DNA of 60,093 bases from Acidobacteriota bacterium (GTDB taxonomy: Bacteria > Acidobacteriota > Thermoanaerobaculia > Gp7-AA8). Shown here piece by piece: positions 1-10,030 of this stretch. The notes under the pieces were generated by a model. That model was not told where the DNA came from. It ran no database searches and worked only from the letters and a program-made list of their open reading frames with translations. The DNA lies in assembly GCA_039931435.1 (NCBI GenBank), contig JBDTRY010000003.1, positions 1 through 60,093 of the forward strand, written 5' to 3'. The translations under genes were made by a program, and so were the position numbers. Position 1 is the first letter of the stretch. Each line of letters begins with the position of its first letter.

Positions 1-437
1 GCTCCGTTGCCGGAAGTGGGATTGGAGAGATTCACGGAGAAGGTCTCATCGGGCTCGTCCCGAGTGTCGTTATTGATGGTGATAGAGATGGTCTTGGTGG
101 AGAGGTCGCCGTCGCTCCAGGTGACCGTGCCGTTTTTGGTCACGTAGTCGGAGCCGGCGAATGCCGTTCCGTCGCTGGTGGCGTAAGACACAGTGTGCGA
201 GCCGACACCCGTCCCGCTACGCGTGAGCGTGATGGGAACGGTGCCCACAGATTCGGCCACCGTGTAACTGGAAGGCGCGAATTGGATCGTGTCGGCAAAG
301 GACGGAGAGGCTACGAAGAGAACGGCTGCGACGAATGTAAGCGCATGCAGAACGCCCATTCGTCCGGGTTTGTTCGAGGACGCTCTGGCAAGAGAGTCGA
401 CGTTTGCTGAGGCGTTCACTGTCGTGTGCGCATTCAT
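1..437 (-). CDS. Secreted Calx-beta domain protein (partial, runs off the window)
   Basis: Not in ORF track. Manual translation from ATG 437 (ATGA overlap with the upstream gene stop; alternative ATG 359) gives a signal peptide then TIQFAPSSYTVAESVGTVPITLTRSG...VSYATSDGTAFAGSDYV...EPDETFSVNLSNP, a typical Calx-beta repeat. Confidence 0.85.
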   Translation of the reverse strand, partial: MNAHTTVNASANVDSLARASSNKPGRMGVLHALTFVAAVLFVASPSFADTIQFAPSSYTVAESVGTVPITLTRSGTGVGSHTVSYATSDGTAFAGSDYVTKNGTVTWSDGDLSTKTISITINNDTRDEPDETFSVNLSNPTSGNG

Positions 438-895
438 GACGAAGCTCCGACCGTTGTTGCCGTGCCTGCGCTGCGTCCGTTTCCGTAGATCGTGCAGACT
501 CCGCTGCTCTCGGCCAATGACGCTCCGCGGGGATGGGCGAGCGTGACGAGGAACTTTCGATCTTCATTTCGACCGGCGCCAGGGAGCACTCGGACGAGCA
601 GTCGCGCCGCTGTTTCACCACGGGGAATGATCAACGTTCCCGCTGCCTGCTCGTAATCGGATCCGGCGTGAGCGTCACGGTCTTCAGTGATGTACTCGAT
701 GGCCACATCCGCGAACGCCGGAGCGGAGAGCTGGACGGTGAAGGCAGCGACGGCTGGACCCCGTTCATTCGCCGTCAGGCCGATGTCGTTGATGGTGATG
801 GCGGGCTGCGTCTGCGCATACGCCGTTACGGCCGAGGCGGCGAGAAATCCCGCCAGAAGTCGAACAACATGCTTCACATTTCTGTGACGTGTCAT
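434..895 (-). CDS. Secreted single Calx-beta domain protein
   Basis: Signal peptide (AYA-Q) then AITINDI...FTVQLSAP...TEDRDAHAGSDYEQAAGTLIIPRGET. Confidence 0.75.
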   Translation of the reverse strand: MTRHRNVKHVVRLLAGFLAASAVTAYAQTQPAITINDIGLTANERGPAVAAFTVQLSAPAFADVAIEYITEDRDAHAGSDYEQAAGTLIIPRGETAARLLVRVLPGAGRNEDRKFLVTLAHPRGASLAESSGVCTIYGNGRSAGTATTVGASS

Positions 896-1706
896 CAGTC
901 CACCCTTGGAAAATCGGAGTCGTGTACGGGGTGGATGCTACGGATGGGACGTCATTCCAGCGTCAGCCGGACTGTCAATGAACCGTCAATAATAGAAACG
1001 GGCTGAAGATCAGTTCGGCCGGGCAGAAAGCTAGACGAACCAGGAACGACGGGAGTTTCGAAAGTCGCCGTTCGAGACCAACGCCTCCCGTATCATAATG
1101 AAAAGCAAGCTACTTAAAGCTGTCGATGGTTCTTGGCCAGAGAGAGCCGGATCGCTGCCCAACATAGTCATGAGCGGCCCGAACGTGAGCGGGCGAGGCC
1201 TTCCTGCCTTTTATCAATTCCGAAAGATTCGCGGCGGAGAGATAAACACTCAATAACCTTTCCACGCGTCGGCAAACAAAAGGCAAACACTGCAAAGCGA
1301 TCGAGCCGTAACTCATTCTCTTCGTCGCATTGTGTTTCCGAATACCGCCCCTTGCCAGCAACAGCCTCTCCGCAAACTCTCGAACCTGGCATCGGTGTAT
1401 AGAGAAGTCCGGAAGTCAGCGTCGAGCAAGCCCTCGGGTAAGGTTCGAGATCGAGTGCCACCCTTCGCGGGCGCATTCGCCCGAAGTTTTTCGCTGGCGG
1501 TTGATCAATGGTTTCCGGGAAGGAGAGGTATCAACCGATCGGCCTTCACTTTCCTCGGCAAAGCCGATGTCAGACCCTGAATACCTTCGCCAAATTCATC
1601 GGTGCAGTAATCGGTGCAGTAGACGATTGGCACATCATTCGTAGGAAGGAGAGCGGGAATGCCTCCTTCATTTCAGTTGATGTCACGTAACGAGCGCTCC
1701 GAAAGG

Positions 1707-1880
1707 ATGCATCCCCTTCGCCAAAGACTCTGTTCTCTGCTCTTCGCGTTGCTGGCCTTCCGCGCTTCTGCGCAGGTGACGGTTACAGGCGTCGTCGTTG
1801 ACCCTTCGGGAGCCGTTCGCGATTCCCTGCGGCGAACTCTGCCGTCGCGATTCACCCCGGGTACATCTGCCGTCTGCTAA
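1707..1880 (+). pseudogene. N-terminal fragment of a carboxypeptidase-regulatory-like domain / TonB receptor protein
   Basis: MHPLRQRL...ASA-QVTVTGVVVDPSGAV then loses similarity and stops. Confidence 0.4.
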
Positions 1881-1889
1881 ATTAAAACG

Positions 1890-2696
1890 ATGAGTGATGC
1901 ATCGAGAAATGCAGTAGCAGCCCCATCCTCGTTCGGCCGCACGATGCTGAGCAAAGTCCCCGAGGTGACGCTTTACTTCTGGGTAGTGAAGGTCTTGTGC
2001 ACGACCGTGGGCGAGACCGCGGCCGACTTACTCAACGAAAACCTTCACCTCGGCCTGACCGGCACGACCGTGGTCATGGGCATTCTGCTGGTCATCGCGC
2101 TGATCGTGCAATTCAGGACGGCGCGATATGCCCCGGCCATCTACTGGCTGGTCGTGGTTTTCCTCAGTGTCTTCGGCACCCTCATCACCGACAATCTGAC
2201 GGATAACCTCCATGTGCCGCTCACCACGACCAGCATCATTTTCGCCGTGGCCCTGGCCATCGTCTTTGCCACGTGGTACTGGTTCGAGAAGTCGCTGTCG
2301 ATCCACTCGATCTACACGACACGCCGAGAGTCTTTCTACTGGCTGGCCATTCTCTTCACGTTCGCACTGGGAACGGCTGTCGGCGATCTCGTGGCTGAGC
2401 AATTTAAGGTTGGCTACCTGCTTTCGGCCGGCATCTTTGCCGCGATCATCGCTATCGTTGCACTCGCTCATTTTCGCTTCGGCGCGAACGCCATTCTTTC
2501 CTTCTGGATCGCATACATCGTCACCCGACCCCTCGGCGCATCCCTGGGCGACTACCTTTCCCAGTATCCCAAGGACGGGGGATTGGGGCTCGGGGCCGTC
2601 GTCACCAGTGTCATCTTCCTGGCGGCAATTCTCATCGTCGTGACCTATCTCGCCGTGACAAAAAAGGATGCGCCTCAGGAGCGCAACGAGGTCTGA
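1890..2696 (+). CDS. COG4705 / DUF347-repeat membrane protein
   Basis: SKVPEVTLYFWVVKVLCTTVGETAAD, RESFYWLAILFTFALGTAVGD and FWIAYIVTRPLGASLGD repeats. Confidence 0.85.
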   Translation: MSDASRNAVAAPSSFGRTMLSKVPEVTLYFWVVKVLCTTVGETAADLLNENLHLGLTGTTVVMGILLVIALIVQFRTARYAPAIYWLVVVFLSVFGTLITDNLTDNLHVPLTTTSIIFAVALAIVFATWYWFEKSLSIHSIYTTRRESFYWLAILFTFALGTAVGDLVAEQFKVGYLLSAGIFAAIIAIVALAHFRFGANAILSFWIAYIVTRPLGASLGDYLSQYPKDGGLGLGAVVTSVIFLAAILIVVTYLAVTKKDAPQERNEV

Positions 2697-3070
2697 ACCG
2701 GCGCTCCTTGTTTGTGGGTCATTCGGGATCGAGTGGGTGAATGGCCTAAGCACCCTTGGTTTCAACCGACGACAGGCCTCGCCGAGCCAGTCCAGAAAAA
2801 TTCAACACCGCGCAAGTACGTGGATCGGAAGTTTCTCGTCGCGGTCAAAGTGCGAGGTCGAAGGGGAAAGCACTTCACGGACTCAGTCCGAAGCGATCTC
2901 AACCCACGGCGAATCCGGCAGCTGGGGATTATGTTTGCGCTTCATCGCTGTGTCGCTTACTCCTTGCCTTGCGGTGACCGCTACGATTCTGACCCTCAGC
3001 CCACCCAGAGCGGCGCGAGCTCGACGCTGACTGCTTCGAACGGCGAGCGAATCCGCACTGCGTAATGTCG

Positions 3071-3780
3071 CTATCGGTATCCCGCGGCCTGCAACTCGAA
3101 CAGCTCTGCATATCGTCCGTGCTGCGCCAGCAGTTCTTCGTGCGTTCCGGAAGCCTCCAGCTGCCCTTGGGCGAGAACGAGGATTCGATCGGCCATTCGC
3201 ACGCTGGAGAAGCGATGGGAGATCAGCACTGCGGTCTTGCCTTCGCTCAATTCCTTGAAGCGTTGAAAGACTTCAAACTCGGAACGGGCGTCGAGCGCGG
3301 CGGTCGGTTCGTCCAGGATCAGCACCTGCGCGTCGCGCATGTACGCGCGGGCAATGGCAACTTTCTGCCATTCACCTCCCGAGAGATCCACTCCCGTGCG
3401 AAATCGTTTGCCGATGATCTGATCGTACCCCTGGGCCAATTTGCGGATGAGTTCATCGGCCATGCTGCGCTCGGCGGCGGCCCGGATGCGGGAACGGTCC
3501 TCCCGCGCTTCGATCCGTCCCACCGCGATGTTGTCGGCCGCGGTCATGTGGTAGCGGACGAAGTCCTGGAAGATCACTCCGATATTCGAACGGAGCGAAT
3601 TGAGGTCGAACTCGCGCAGATCGTGTCCATCGAGAAGGATTCGTCCTTCATCCGGTTCGTAAGGTCGGGCCAGCAACTTCACCAGTGTGGTCTTTCCCTC
3701 GCCGTTCTCTCCCACCAGGGCCAGCACTTCGCCCGCATGGAGCGTAAAGCTCAGGTTTCTCACTGCCCAGCGCTCGGCCT
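3071..3780 (-). pseudogene. Truncated duplicate of the ATPase half of the ABC transporter at 32440-34311
   Basis: 710 bp near-identical to 32440-33149; no membrane domain or native start; Walker A GENGEGKTT versus GENGAGKTT. Confidence 0.85.
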
Positions 3781-4195
3781 CGTGAGCGGGTATGGGTAAG
3801 AAGGGTCTACCATCGGATTTTGACGCAGAACCACGGTAGATCGAAGTCGGTGCTGGTCGAAGGGAACGATCGTTCCTCAGCACGCGACGAAAGATCCTGG
3901 AGTTGAAGCACTTGCGTGAGGCGCTGCCGCTGGCAAAGCGGGTCCTGCATCGGGTGGGAGTGACGCCGGTGGAGAACGAGCAGCTCAAGCGCTTCCCACG
4001 GCGCAGGCACCAACTGGTCGAGGAGAAGAAGCGGTGAGCAACCGGCCGTGGGCGGATCTTCAAGCGGTCTCGCCCGGGCTGCTGGAGATCGCCGGGGACA
4101 TCGACAACCGATGGTTCCTGAGCTTGCTGAGCTGTCGTCGGAAAATCAGGGTAGTTGGATCGCAGTTAGCAAGGGGATGACTCGAAGGAGAACTC

Positions 4196-4516
4196 ATGAG
4201 AATACGCTTTGTGTCCCTGGCAGCACTGACTTTCGTGATGACATTGCCGGCAATCGCCGCAGGCCCGGACGGGGCCGCACTCTTCAAGAAGTCGTGCGTA
4301 AGCTGCCATGGCGCCGACGGCGCCGGACAGACTACGATCGGCAAAAAGCTGAAGATGCGCGATCTTCGCTCGCCCGAAGTCCGGAAACAGACCGACATCG
4401 AGCTGATGAAGATCATCGCCGGAGGGAAGGAAAAAATGCCGGCGTACGGGCAGAAGATGTCGACGCCCGAGATCCAGGCGGTGATCGCTTACATTCGCAC
4501 ACTCAAAAGCGACTGA
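4196..4516 (+). CDS. Monoheme class I cytochrome c (periplasmic)
   Basis: Signal peptide, CVSCH, distal Met in KMPAY, RBS AAGGAG. Confidence 0.92.
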   Translation: MRIRFVSLAALTFVMTLPAIAAGPDGAALFKKSCVSCHGADGAGQTTIGKKLKMRDLRSPEVRKQTDIELMKIIAGGKEKMPAYGQKMSTPEIQAVIAYIRTLKSD

Positions 4517-4545
4517 AAAAGCGTCCCAACCGCAAGTCGTATCTT

Positions 4546-4573
4546 CGGCGAGGATCCCCTGGGGATCCCGCCG
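4546..4573. terminator. GC-rich hairpin between convergent cytochrome c and mtrB-like genes
   Basis: CGGCGAGGATCCCCTGGGGATCCCGCCG imperfect inverted repeat; no clear U-tract. Confidence 0.4.
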
Positions 4574-4594
4574 GCTTGATGGCACTGAAACGAT

Positions 4595-6535
4595 TCAGGG
4601 GTGCCAGCGGAGGTACACGCCGTAGCGGCTGGCATCGAACTTTCCGTATGACGGAGAGGGTTCGTCATATTTGTCGCGATCCCATTCGACCGCGACCCCT
4701 GTCTTCGACTTGAAGTCGTACGTGAGGCGAAGGCGATAGCGGTCCATGTCGAAGGGAGTCGTTCCGCTATTCTCGAATCGTCCCAGGCTGGTGTCGAGTG
4801 AGAACGGGCCGCGCAGGAAGCTCACGCCGCCTTCCCGCGCTTTGCCGTTTTCGCTATGAACCGACTCGTCGATGCTGAAGTTTTCCGGATGCCGGAAGCT
4901 GATGTTGCTGTCAGCTCGGAACTGCGAGAGGGATCCCCGCAGCCGCAACCAGGCCCTCGGCGCCACTTCAACGTCGCCGCTATATTGGCGGATTCGCGCA
5001 TCGTAACCGGCCTCGGGCCGGTCGTTGCTTTGATTGGTGCGCTCCGCGGTGAGGCCGGCGCGGAAGAAGTCCTTCGGCGAACTCCACGCTCCGCGAACGC
5101 GGACGCGATCACGATCGAGAAAATCAGTCCGAAAGACGGGATTGTCAGCATTGTCGGTGCGCCAGGCCGCGCCGAGCATGAGGCCGGACTGTCTAAACGT
5201 GCCGCTGACATCGAACGTATGCACGCGTCGGTCGAACTGGCCTTCCTGAGCGCCCGGCACAACGATTTCCGAGAGGTCCGGCGAAACCTTGACGTCCTGT
5301 TTCGATTCCCGATATTCACCACGAAGAGCAAAGGGTCCCAGGGCCCGTGCGGACACTGAGGCGTTGAGGACATCCTCGTTGCGGTCCAGGGAGCTGGACG
5401 CCTTCAGGATGGTCTCGAGGTCGCGCCGGTCTACCCCTCCGAAGGTGATGCTCTGAAGAAAAATCGTGGTGATGAGCGCTGAGCCGTCCAGCTCGCGATG
5501 CTCTTTCTGAAAACCAGCGGACACGTCGACGTTCGGATATACGGTGATTTCCGCCCGCCCGCCTCCGCGCCAGGTGGTGTTTTTTGCCGAGGAGCTGCCT
5601 TGCTCAGAGATCCCCGTGAAGAAGCGGCTGATGGGAAATGAAATGAACGTCCCGGCCGCGTTCTCGCTCTCGCTGCCGTCGGAGTCAGCGGCGAAGCGGA
5701 CGTAGTTGCCGATCAGGCGGATGCGCGTCAGTGGCTGGCCCGTGATGTAGAAATTCGTAAAGGGTGTGTCGACGTCGGTGCGGTCGGTGCGGCTGATGGT
5801 CTGGGCGCTGACGGGTTGGTCGAGGATGGATCCGGGATTGTTGCCGGCTCCCGCTCCGGAAGCGAGCGAGAGTGAATCAGTTCCACGAAAACTTCGCCAG
5901 CCCTGCGTCAGCTGACCCTGGACAGATCCGAAGTGAAATGATGCGCCGGCCCGGAGCTCGCGGTCCCGTTCCTTCAGATTGTTACTGAGGCGGAACTCGT
6001 CCTGCCCGAGGTTGTACGTTGTTGTTCCGGGACCATGGTTGTCGTTCCATGTGTAGCCGACGAACGGTACGATGGCTCGGTCCGGCAGCAGTTCCAGATC
6101 GACGTCGAGCATTCTGCGCGTGCGTTCGTAGGTGTGCTGTCCCGGGACGATACCCTCACCAAGCAGGGGATTTGCGAATCCGGGCAACGCACTGAATGCG
6201 TTTGTGGAGCGATACCCTACGCGCAGGTGATAGCGGCGGCTCTTTTCTGCTTCGATGCGAAGCGAGCCGGCCGGACCGGCTCCAAGGTCGCTGACATCGA
6301 CGCGGAAGCGGTCCATGAACGTGGTCCTGCCACTGAAATCGGACGTGGCCAGAGTGAAGTTGCGGATGAGCAGGCCGTCCCGCTCGTTGATCTGGGTTCG
6401 GTACATGTCCTCACTGCCTTTGAGATCGAGCCAGCGGTAGCCGATCTCGAGATCGAACGGCACCGTTTGCGCCTGGGCAGTGAAGGCGACCGCAACGACC
6501 GTTGCAGACAGCAATGTGGTGAGGATTCGTCTCAT
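4595..6535 (-). CDS. MtrB/PioB-like outer-membrane beta-barrel porin
   Basis: Signal peptide, alternating beta-strand pattern, C-terminal YGVYLRWHP, directly downstream of an MtrA-type decaheme. Confidence 0.8.
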   Translation of the reverse strand: MRRILTTLLSATVVAVAFTAQAQTVPFDLEIGYRWLDLKGSEDMYRTQINERDGLLIRNFTLATSDFSGRTTFMDRFRVDVSDLGAGPAGSLRIEAEKSRRYHLRVGYRSTNAFSALPGFANPLLGEGIVPGQHTYERTRRMLDVDLELLPDRAIVPFVGYTWNDNHGPGTTTYNLGQDEFRLSNNLKERDRELRAGASFHFGSVQGQLTQGWRSFRGTDSLSLASGAGAGNNPGSILDQPVSAQTISRTDRTDVDTPFTNFYITGQPLTRIRLIGNYVRFAADSDGSESENAAGTFISFPISRFFTGISEQGSSSAKNTTWRGGGRAEITVYPNVDVSAGFQKEHRELDGSALITTIFLQSITFGGVDRRDLETILKASSSLDRNEDVLNASVSARALGPFALRGEYRESKQDVKVSPDLSEIVVPGAQEGQFDRRVHTFDVSGTFRQSGLMLGAAWRTDNADNPVFRTDFLDRDRVRVRGAWSSPKDFFRAGLTAERTNQSNDRPEAGYDARIRQYSGDVEVAPRAWLRLRGSLSQFRADSNISFRHPENFSIDESVHSENGKAREGGVSFLRGPFSLDTSLGRFENSGTTPFDMDRYRLRLTYDFKSKTGVAVEWDRDKYDEPSPSYGKFDASRYGVYLRWHP

Positions 6536-6546
6536 CTCAGCCTCGC

Positions 6547-7557
6547 CTACTTCAGCAGTTGCGGATCGCGGTTGGAGCCGTGGACGGCAACGTGACAGGT
6601 CGTGCAGTTCTGAAAACGCGGGCTGCTGAGGTTATGAAACGACGGCGGTTGGGACCCCAGCGTATCGCCACCGATGGGCGAATGACATTCGATGCAGAGC
6701 TGCGCGACCGTAGCTCGTTTGAGCTGTTTCGGGTTCGAGGAACCGTGCGGCTCATGGCAGGTCATGCAGTCCCCGGCGGCCAGCGCGCCGTGCTGGAAAA
6801 CAAAGGGGCCACGCTTATCGGCATGGCAGGACAGACAGGGCAGCTCACCGGCACGGGTCCTGCGCAGGCTTTCTCTCCCCGGCATTCCGTGCGGCTCGTG
6901 GCACGATGAGCATTCCATTCCGCCCCGCCCGATCCGGTGAGCGAAGGGCTTGTTGCGCATCGAAGCTACCTGGGTCATGTGGCATGTGTCGCAGAGGGCC
7001 ATCTCCCGTTTTACCAGCAGATGCGGCGAGTGCGGGTCCGCAGCGTGAATGGCGTGGCAGGTCAGGCAATTGACCGCCGTTGAATTCGCGTGCACGCCCG
7101 CGTGACGGGAGACCTGGTCGGTGCTGACGTCGTGACAGGACAGGCAGGTTTTGTTCGCGCCCGTCACTCCCACCGGTTTGTAGATCTTGTCCGTTTCGCC
7201 ACCGCTCTCGATATGCGCTTGGCCGTCACCGTGACAGGTCTCACAGACCGCATTGGGAATCTCGCCGTCTTTCACCTTGCCATGACCATGCGGGTTCGAG
7301 CCGAACGTGGCCATGGCGTCATGGCACTGCGTGCAGGCAGGGAGCGCTTCCGCTTCACCAGCAGAAGCCGGCGTCGCTTCGGGAGTCGCCTCCGGCGAAG
7401 CCTCGGGCGAGGGCTGTTCGGCGGGCGCGGCCGTCGTGGTTTGCGGCTGTTCCGTGGGAGTGGGAGCGGGAGTTGTGGATTGCGGACCGCTGGCGCACAG
7501 CCCCGGCACGGCGAGACAGAGCACGAACGCGAGGGGCCCGATCCAACGGTGTCTCAT
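6547..7557 (-). CDS. MtrA/DmsE-family periplasmic decaheme cytochrome c
   Basis: 10 CxxCH counted; KRGPFVFQH and CHxxHGSN motifs. Start reassigned to ATG 7557 (MRHRWIG, RBS AGGAG). Pro/Thr/Glu-rich linker follows the signal peptide. Confidence 0.92.
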   Translation of the reverse strand: MRHRWIGPLAFVLCLAVPGLCASGPQSTTPAPTPTEQPQTTTAAPAEQPSPEASPEATPEATPASAGEAEALPACTQCHDAMATFGSNPHGHGKVKDGEIPNAVCETCHGDGQAHIESGGETDKIYKPVGVTGANKTCLSCHDVSTDQVSRHAGVHANSTAVNCLTCHAIHAADPHSPHLLVKREMALCDTCHMTQVASMRNKPFAHRIGRGGMECSSCHEPHGMPGRESLRRTRAGELPCLSCHADKRGPFVFQHGALAAGDCMTCHEPHGSSNPKQLKRATVAQLCIECHSPIGGDTLGSQPPSFHNLSSPRFQNCTTCHVAVHGSNRDPQLLK

Positions 7558-7575
7558 TTTTACTCCTGGACGCTG

Positions 7576-7599
7576 TGGGGGGACCTTGCGGTCCCCCCA
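7576..7599 (-). promoter_or_regulatory. Intra-operon stem-loop between mtrC-like and mtrA-like genes
   Basis: Perfect 10-bp stem TGGGGGGACC/GGTCCCCCCA, GCAA tetraloop on the transcribed strand, no U-tract. Confidence 0.55.
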
Positions 7600-7610
7600 T
7601 GCGCTCGACT

Positions 7611-9752
7611 CTATCGGGCGTGAACGCGCTCCACCGACCAGTCCTTGCCGGTGCCGTGGCAGGTTGCACAGGCTTCGGCGGGAGTGGTGCCTCCGGGGAA
7701 GGTGACCGTATTCAGGAACGCATGTGCGGCCGCATCTCTGTTGTCGTGGCAGCCCAGACAGGAAGCTGTGGCCGGACCCTGCGGACTGAAGTAGTCGCGA
7801 AGGGTGGTGACGGATCCGATCCTGGTGGGAAGAGGCAGCGTGTACGAAGTGCCGACGTGGCATTTCGCGCAATTGCGGAGATCACCAGGGAAGCGCACTT
7901 CGTTGAAGTTGTTCCGGCTGCCGCCGAACCCATAAATGGTGAAGTCCTGCGTCAGTTCCTCACCTTTATGAATCTTGTGGATCATCCGGTTGAAGGAGAT
8001 GGACTCGGCCGGTCCCTCCGTCGCCGGCCGCTGGGACTGATCGCCCTCGGTCGGATTGTGGCAGATGACACACTCCTCGGTGTTCATTCGCTGACCACCG
8101 TGAACTGCCAGCCGGTTGTGGCACTGGTTGCACTGTGCTGTCGAGACCACCATGCGGCGTGGGTCCACCGCCCCGGTCACGGCTACGTACTTGATGGGAT
8201 TGAAGGCCGCTTCCCGGACGGCAATGTCGGCCTTGCCGTCGGCGCGTTTCAGCGAGACGTTGCGGTAGATGTCGGCGCTGACCGTCCAGGTTCCACTGGC
8301 GTCGGCCGGTAGCGCATTGTTGAAGGTGTAGGAGGTGGTCCCTGTGGCCGCGTCGAAGACGGCTTTTGCCAGCGCGCTCTCGCGGAAGTACTTCGAGTAG
8401 CTTGAGGTCGGTCCACCAACGATGGGCGCGAACGTGGAGAGCTTCGTGCCATCGACCGCCGTTCCATCACCGTTCGTGATTTTGAACACGACCGTAGGCT
8501 TCTTGCCGGCGGCCATGTCGCTCACGCTGACGATCGTGGCCGAGATTCCCTTGAGCTGTTTCGATTTTTCAGGAATCGTATGCGCACCCTTGATGGAAGC
8601 GTCGAACTCCTGGCCGCTGTCAGGAATGTGGCAGGAGGCGCAGGCGCTGTCGTTCAACTGCGGGCCGCCCGGGTGATTTATCCCGGTGACCCAATCGATG
8701 TCGTCGTGGCACGAGCCGCACGCGGCGCGGCTGGGATAGGTGTACCAGGCGTTCGATTGCGCTCCCTTATTGTTCGGATCCGAGCCTTCGTGGCAGGTCG
8801 CGCAATTACGGATGTCCTGAGGGAAGGCCACGGTCGAGAAATCCACAACCGTCTGATTGAAGCCGATGATCTGGTAGGGAGTGCCGGCGATTACGCTGGG
8901 GAGGTTCTCGCCGCGGTGGATCTTGTGGGCCATGACCTTCATGTCCACTGTGTTGCCCGTATCAGGATCGGTGGTCTGCGGCTGATGGCAAAGCGCGCAC
9001 AACTTCACGTCCTGCCGGGCGCCGCCATGAGCGGAAAGCGGATCGTGGCAGCTGTTGCAGGTCGTGGCGGTGCGCATCTTGTCCCATGTCTCAGTGACCG
9101 GGGTGCCGTCCGGACGGAAGTCATATTCGACGTTGGCGACGTAGCTCTTTTTCAGTTCTTCGTCGATCCCCGGGACTGCGTTGAGCGCGCGTGTGGCGTA
9201 GATGCCGAGCGTATGGGTCTTCGTCACATCGAAGCCCGCGGGGAGTGCCGTTTTGAATGTGTATTTGACGTGCCCGGTCTCCAGGTCCATAAAGGTTCCC
9301 CCCGCGTCTGTGCCGGCCTGCATTGCGGACACGCCGGGATGGGGGCTGGACGGCGGGGTCGTCTGCGTCCGTACGGTGTACGACGTGTATTGCCGCGTCG
9401 CAGGGTCGTACCACGCCAGGATGAAGCTGATGGAGATCGCTCCCGGAGTGATCTTGCCGAGGCGGTCGAGCGGCTGATCGAGGGAATCCGTGATCGTGAG
9501 ATCGACCACCGGTCTGCGGTCGGAGCCGATCACGACGGAATTGACCTTGATCTTCAAACCCGGGCGGATGAATTCAATGGACTCCGGTGACAGGAATGAC
9601 TCGATCTCCGTTGAGGCAAACCCAGTCCTGTTCGGGTCCGACGGAGGCGCAGCCCCACGTCCCCGGCCCGTGGTCTCAGTGGCCAGCAGCGTGCTCGCGA
9701 ACAGCGCGGCCATCGATACCACGAGAACGGCGCGGTTCATCCCTGACTTCAT
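7611..9752 (-). CDS. OmcA/MtrC-family decaheme cytochrome c
   Basis: 10 CxxCH in two blocks of five, each preceded by a heme-free domain; LSAHGG/LAVHGG and MxHKIH motifs; start ATG 9752 after GGAGG. Confidence 0.9.
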   Translation of the reverse strand: MKSGMNRAVLVVSMAALFASTLLATETTGRGRGAAPPSDPNRTGFASTEIESFLSPESIEFIRPGLKIKVNSVVIGSDRRPVVDLTITDSLDQPLDRLGKITPGAISISFILAWYDPATRQYTSYTVRTQTTPPSSPHPGVSAMQAGTDAGGTFMDLETGHVKYTFKTALPAGFDVTKTHTLGIYATRALNAVPGIDEELKKSYVANVEYDFRPDGTPVTETWDKMRTATTCNSCHDPLSAHGGARQDVKLCALCHQPQTTDPDTGNTVDMKVMAHKIHRGENLPSVIAGTPYQIIGFNQTVVDFSTVAFPQDIRNCATCHEGSDPNNKGAQSNAWYTYPSRAACGSCHDDIDWVTGINHPGGPQLNDSACASCHIPDSGQEFDASIKGAHTIPEKSKQLKGISATIVSVSDMAAGKKPTVVFKITNGDGTAVDGTKLSTFAPIVGGPTSSYSKYFRESALAKAVFDAATGTTSYTFNNALPADASGTWTVSADIYRNVSLKRADGKADIAVREAAFNPIKYVAVTGAVDPRRMVVSTAQCNQCHNRLAVHGGQRMNTEECVICHNPTEGDQSQRPATEGPAESISFNRMIHKIHKGEELTQDFTIYGFGGSRNNFNEVRFPGDLRNCAKCHVGTSYTLPLPTRIGSVTTLRDYFSPQGPATASCLGCHDNRDAAAHAFLNTVTFPGGTTPAEACATCHGTGKDWSVERVHAR

Positions 9753-9854
9753 TCGAGCCTCCATAAACGGCCTCTGGCTTCCATTTTCACTTTTGGAGCG
9801 TTTGGAGCGTATTGTATCCGAAGTGGCCCGTCGCTGCCCGCCAACACGCACACA

Positions 9855-9870
9855 TGTGACTGCCGTCACT
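9855..9870. promoter_or_regulatory. CRP/FNR-family-like site upstream of the mtrC-like gene
   Basis: TGTGA-N6-TCACT; TACAAT -10-like hexamer on the minus strand at 9811-9816. Confidence 0.4.
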
Positions 9871-10030
9871 TCAGCAGGTGAGTGACAACAACTCTGGCTC
9901 ACCAGGAATGGCGATATATTAGAAAGCCTGTCTGGCTCGCAGTCGCACGGTTCTTGTTCTCATTTTCTCATTCCCATCCCGGCCGTTTCTGCTCCGCTTT
10001 GTCAAAACGACTAAAGAAAGGCTTTACCTC

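Noticed and set aside
1000-1700. Short ORFs in an intergenic stretch
   Set aside because: No recognisable family or consistent frame.
3781-4063. N-terminal part of the 330-aa ORF 3071-4063
   Set aside because: Similarity to the ABC gene ends at 3780; the upstream part looks like chance read-through.
7558-7872. Long N-terminal extensions of the mtrA-like (7872), mtrC-like (9902), subunit IV (16261) and coxB (14993) ORFs
   Set aside because: They overlap neighbouring genes or promoter DNA; internal starts have an RBS or coupling and give proper N-termini.
8580-9590. Long antisense ORFs (e.g. 8580-9590, 16654-17805, 32488-33327, 53089-54009)
   Set aside because: Shadows of real genes in GC-rich DNA with no recognisable motifs.
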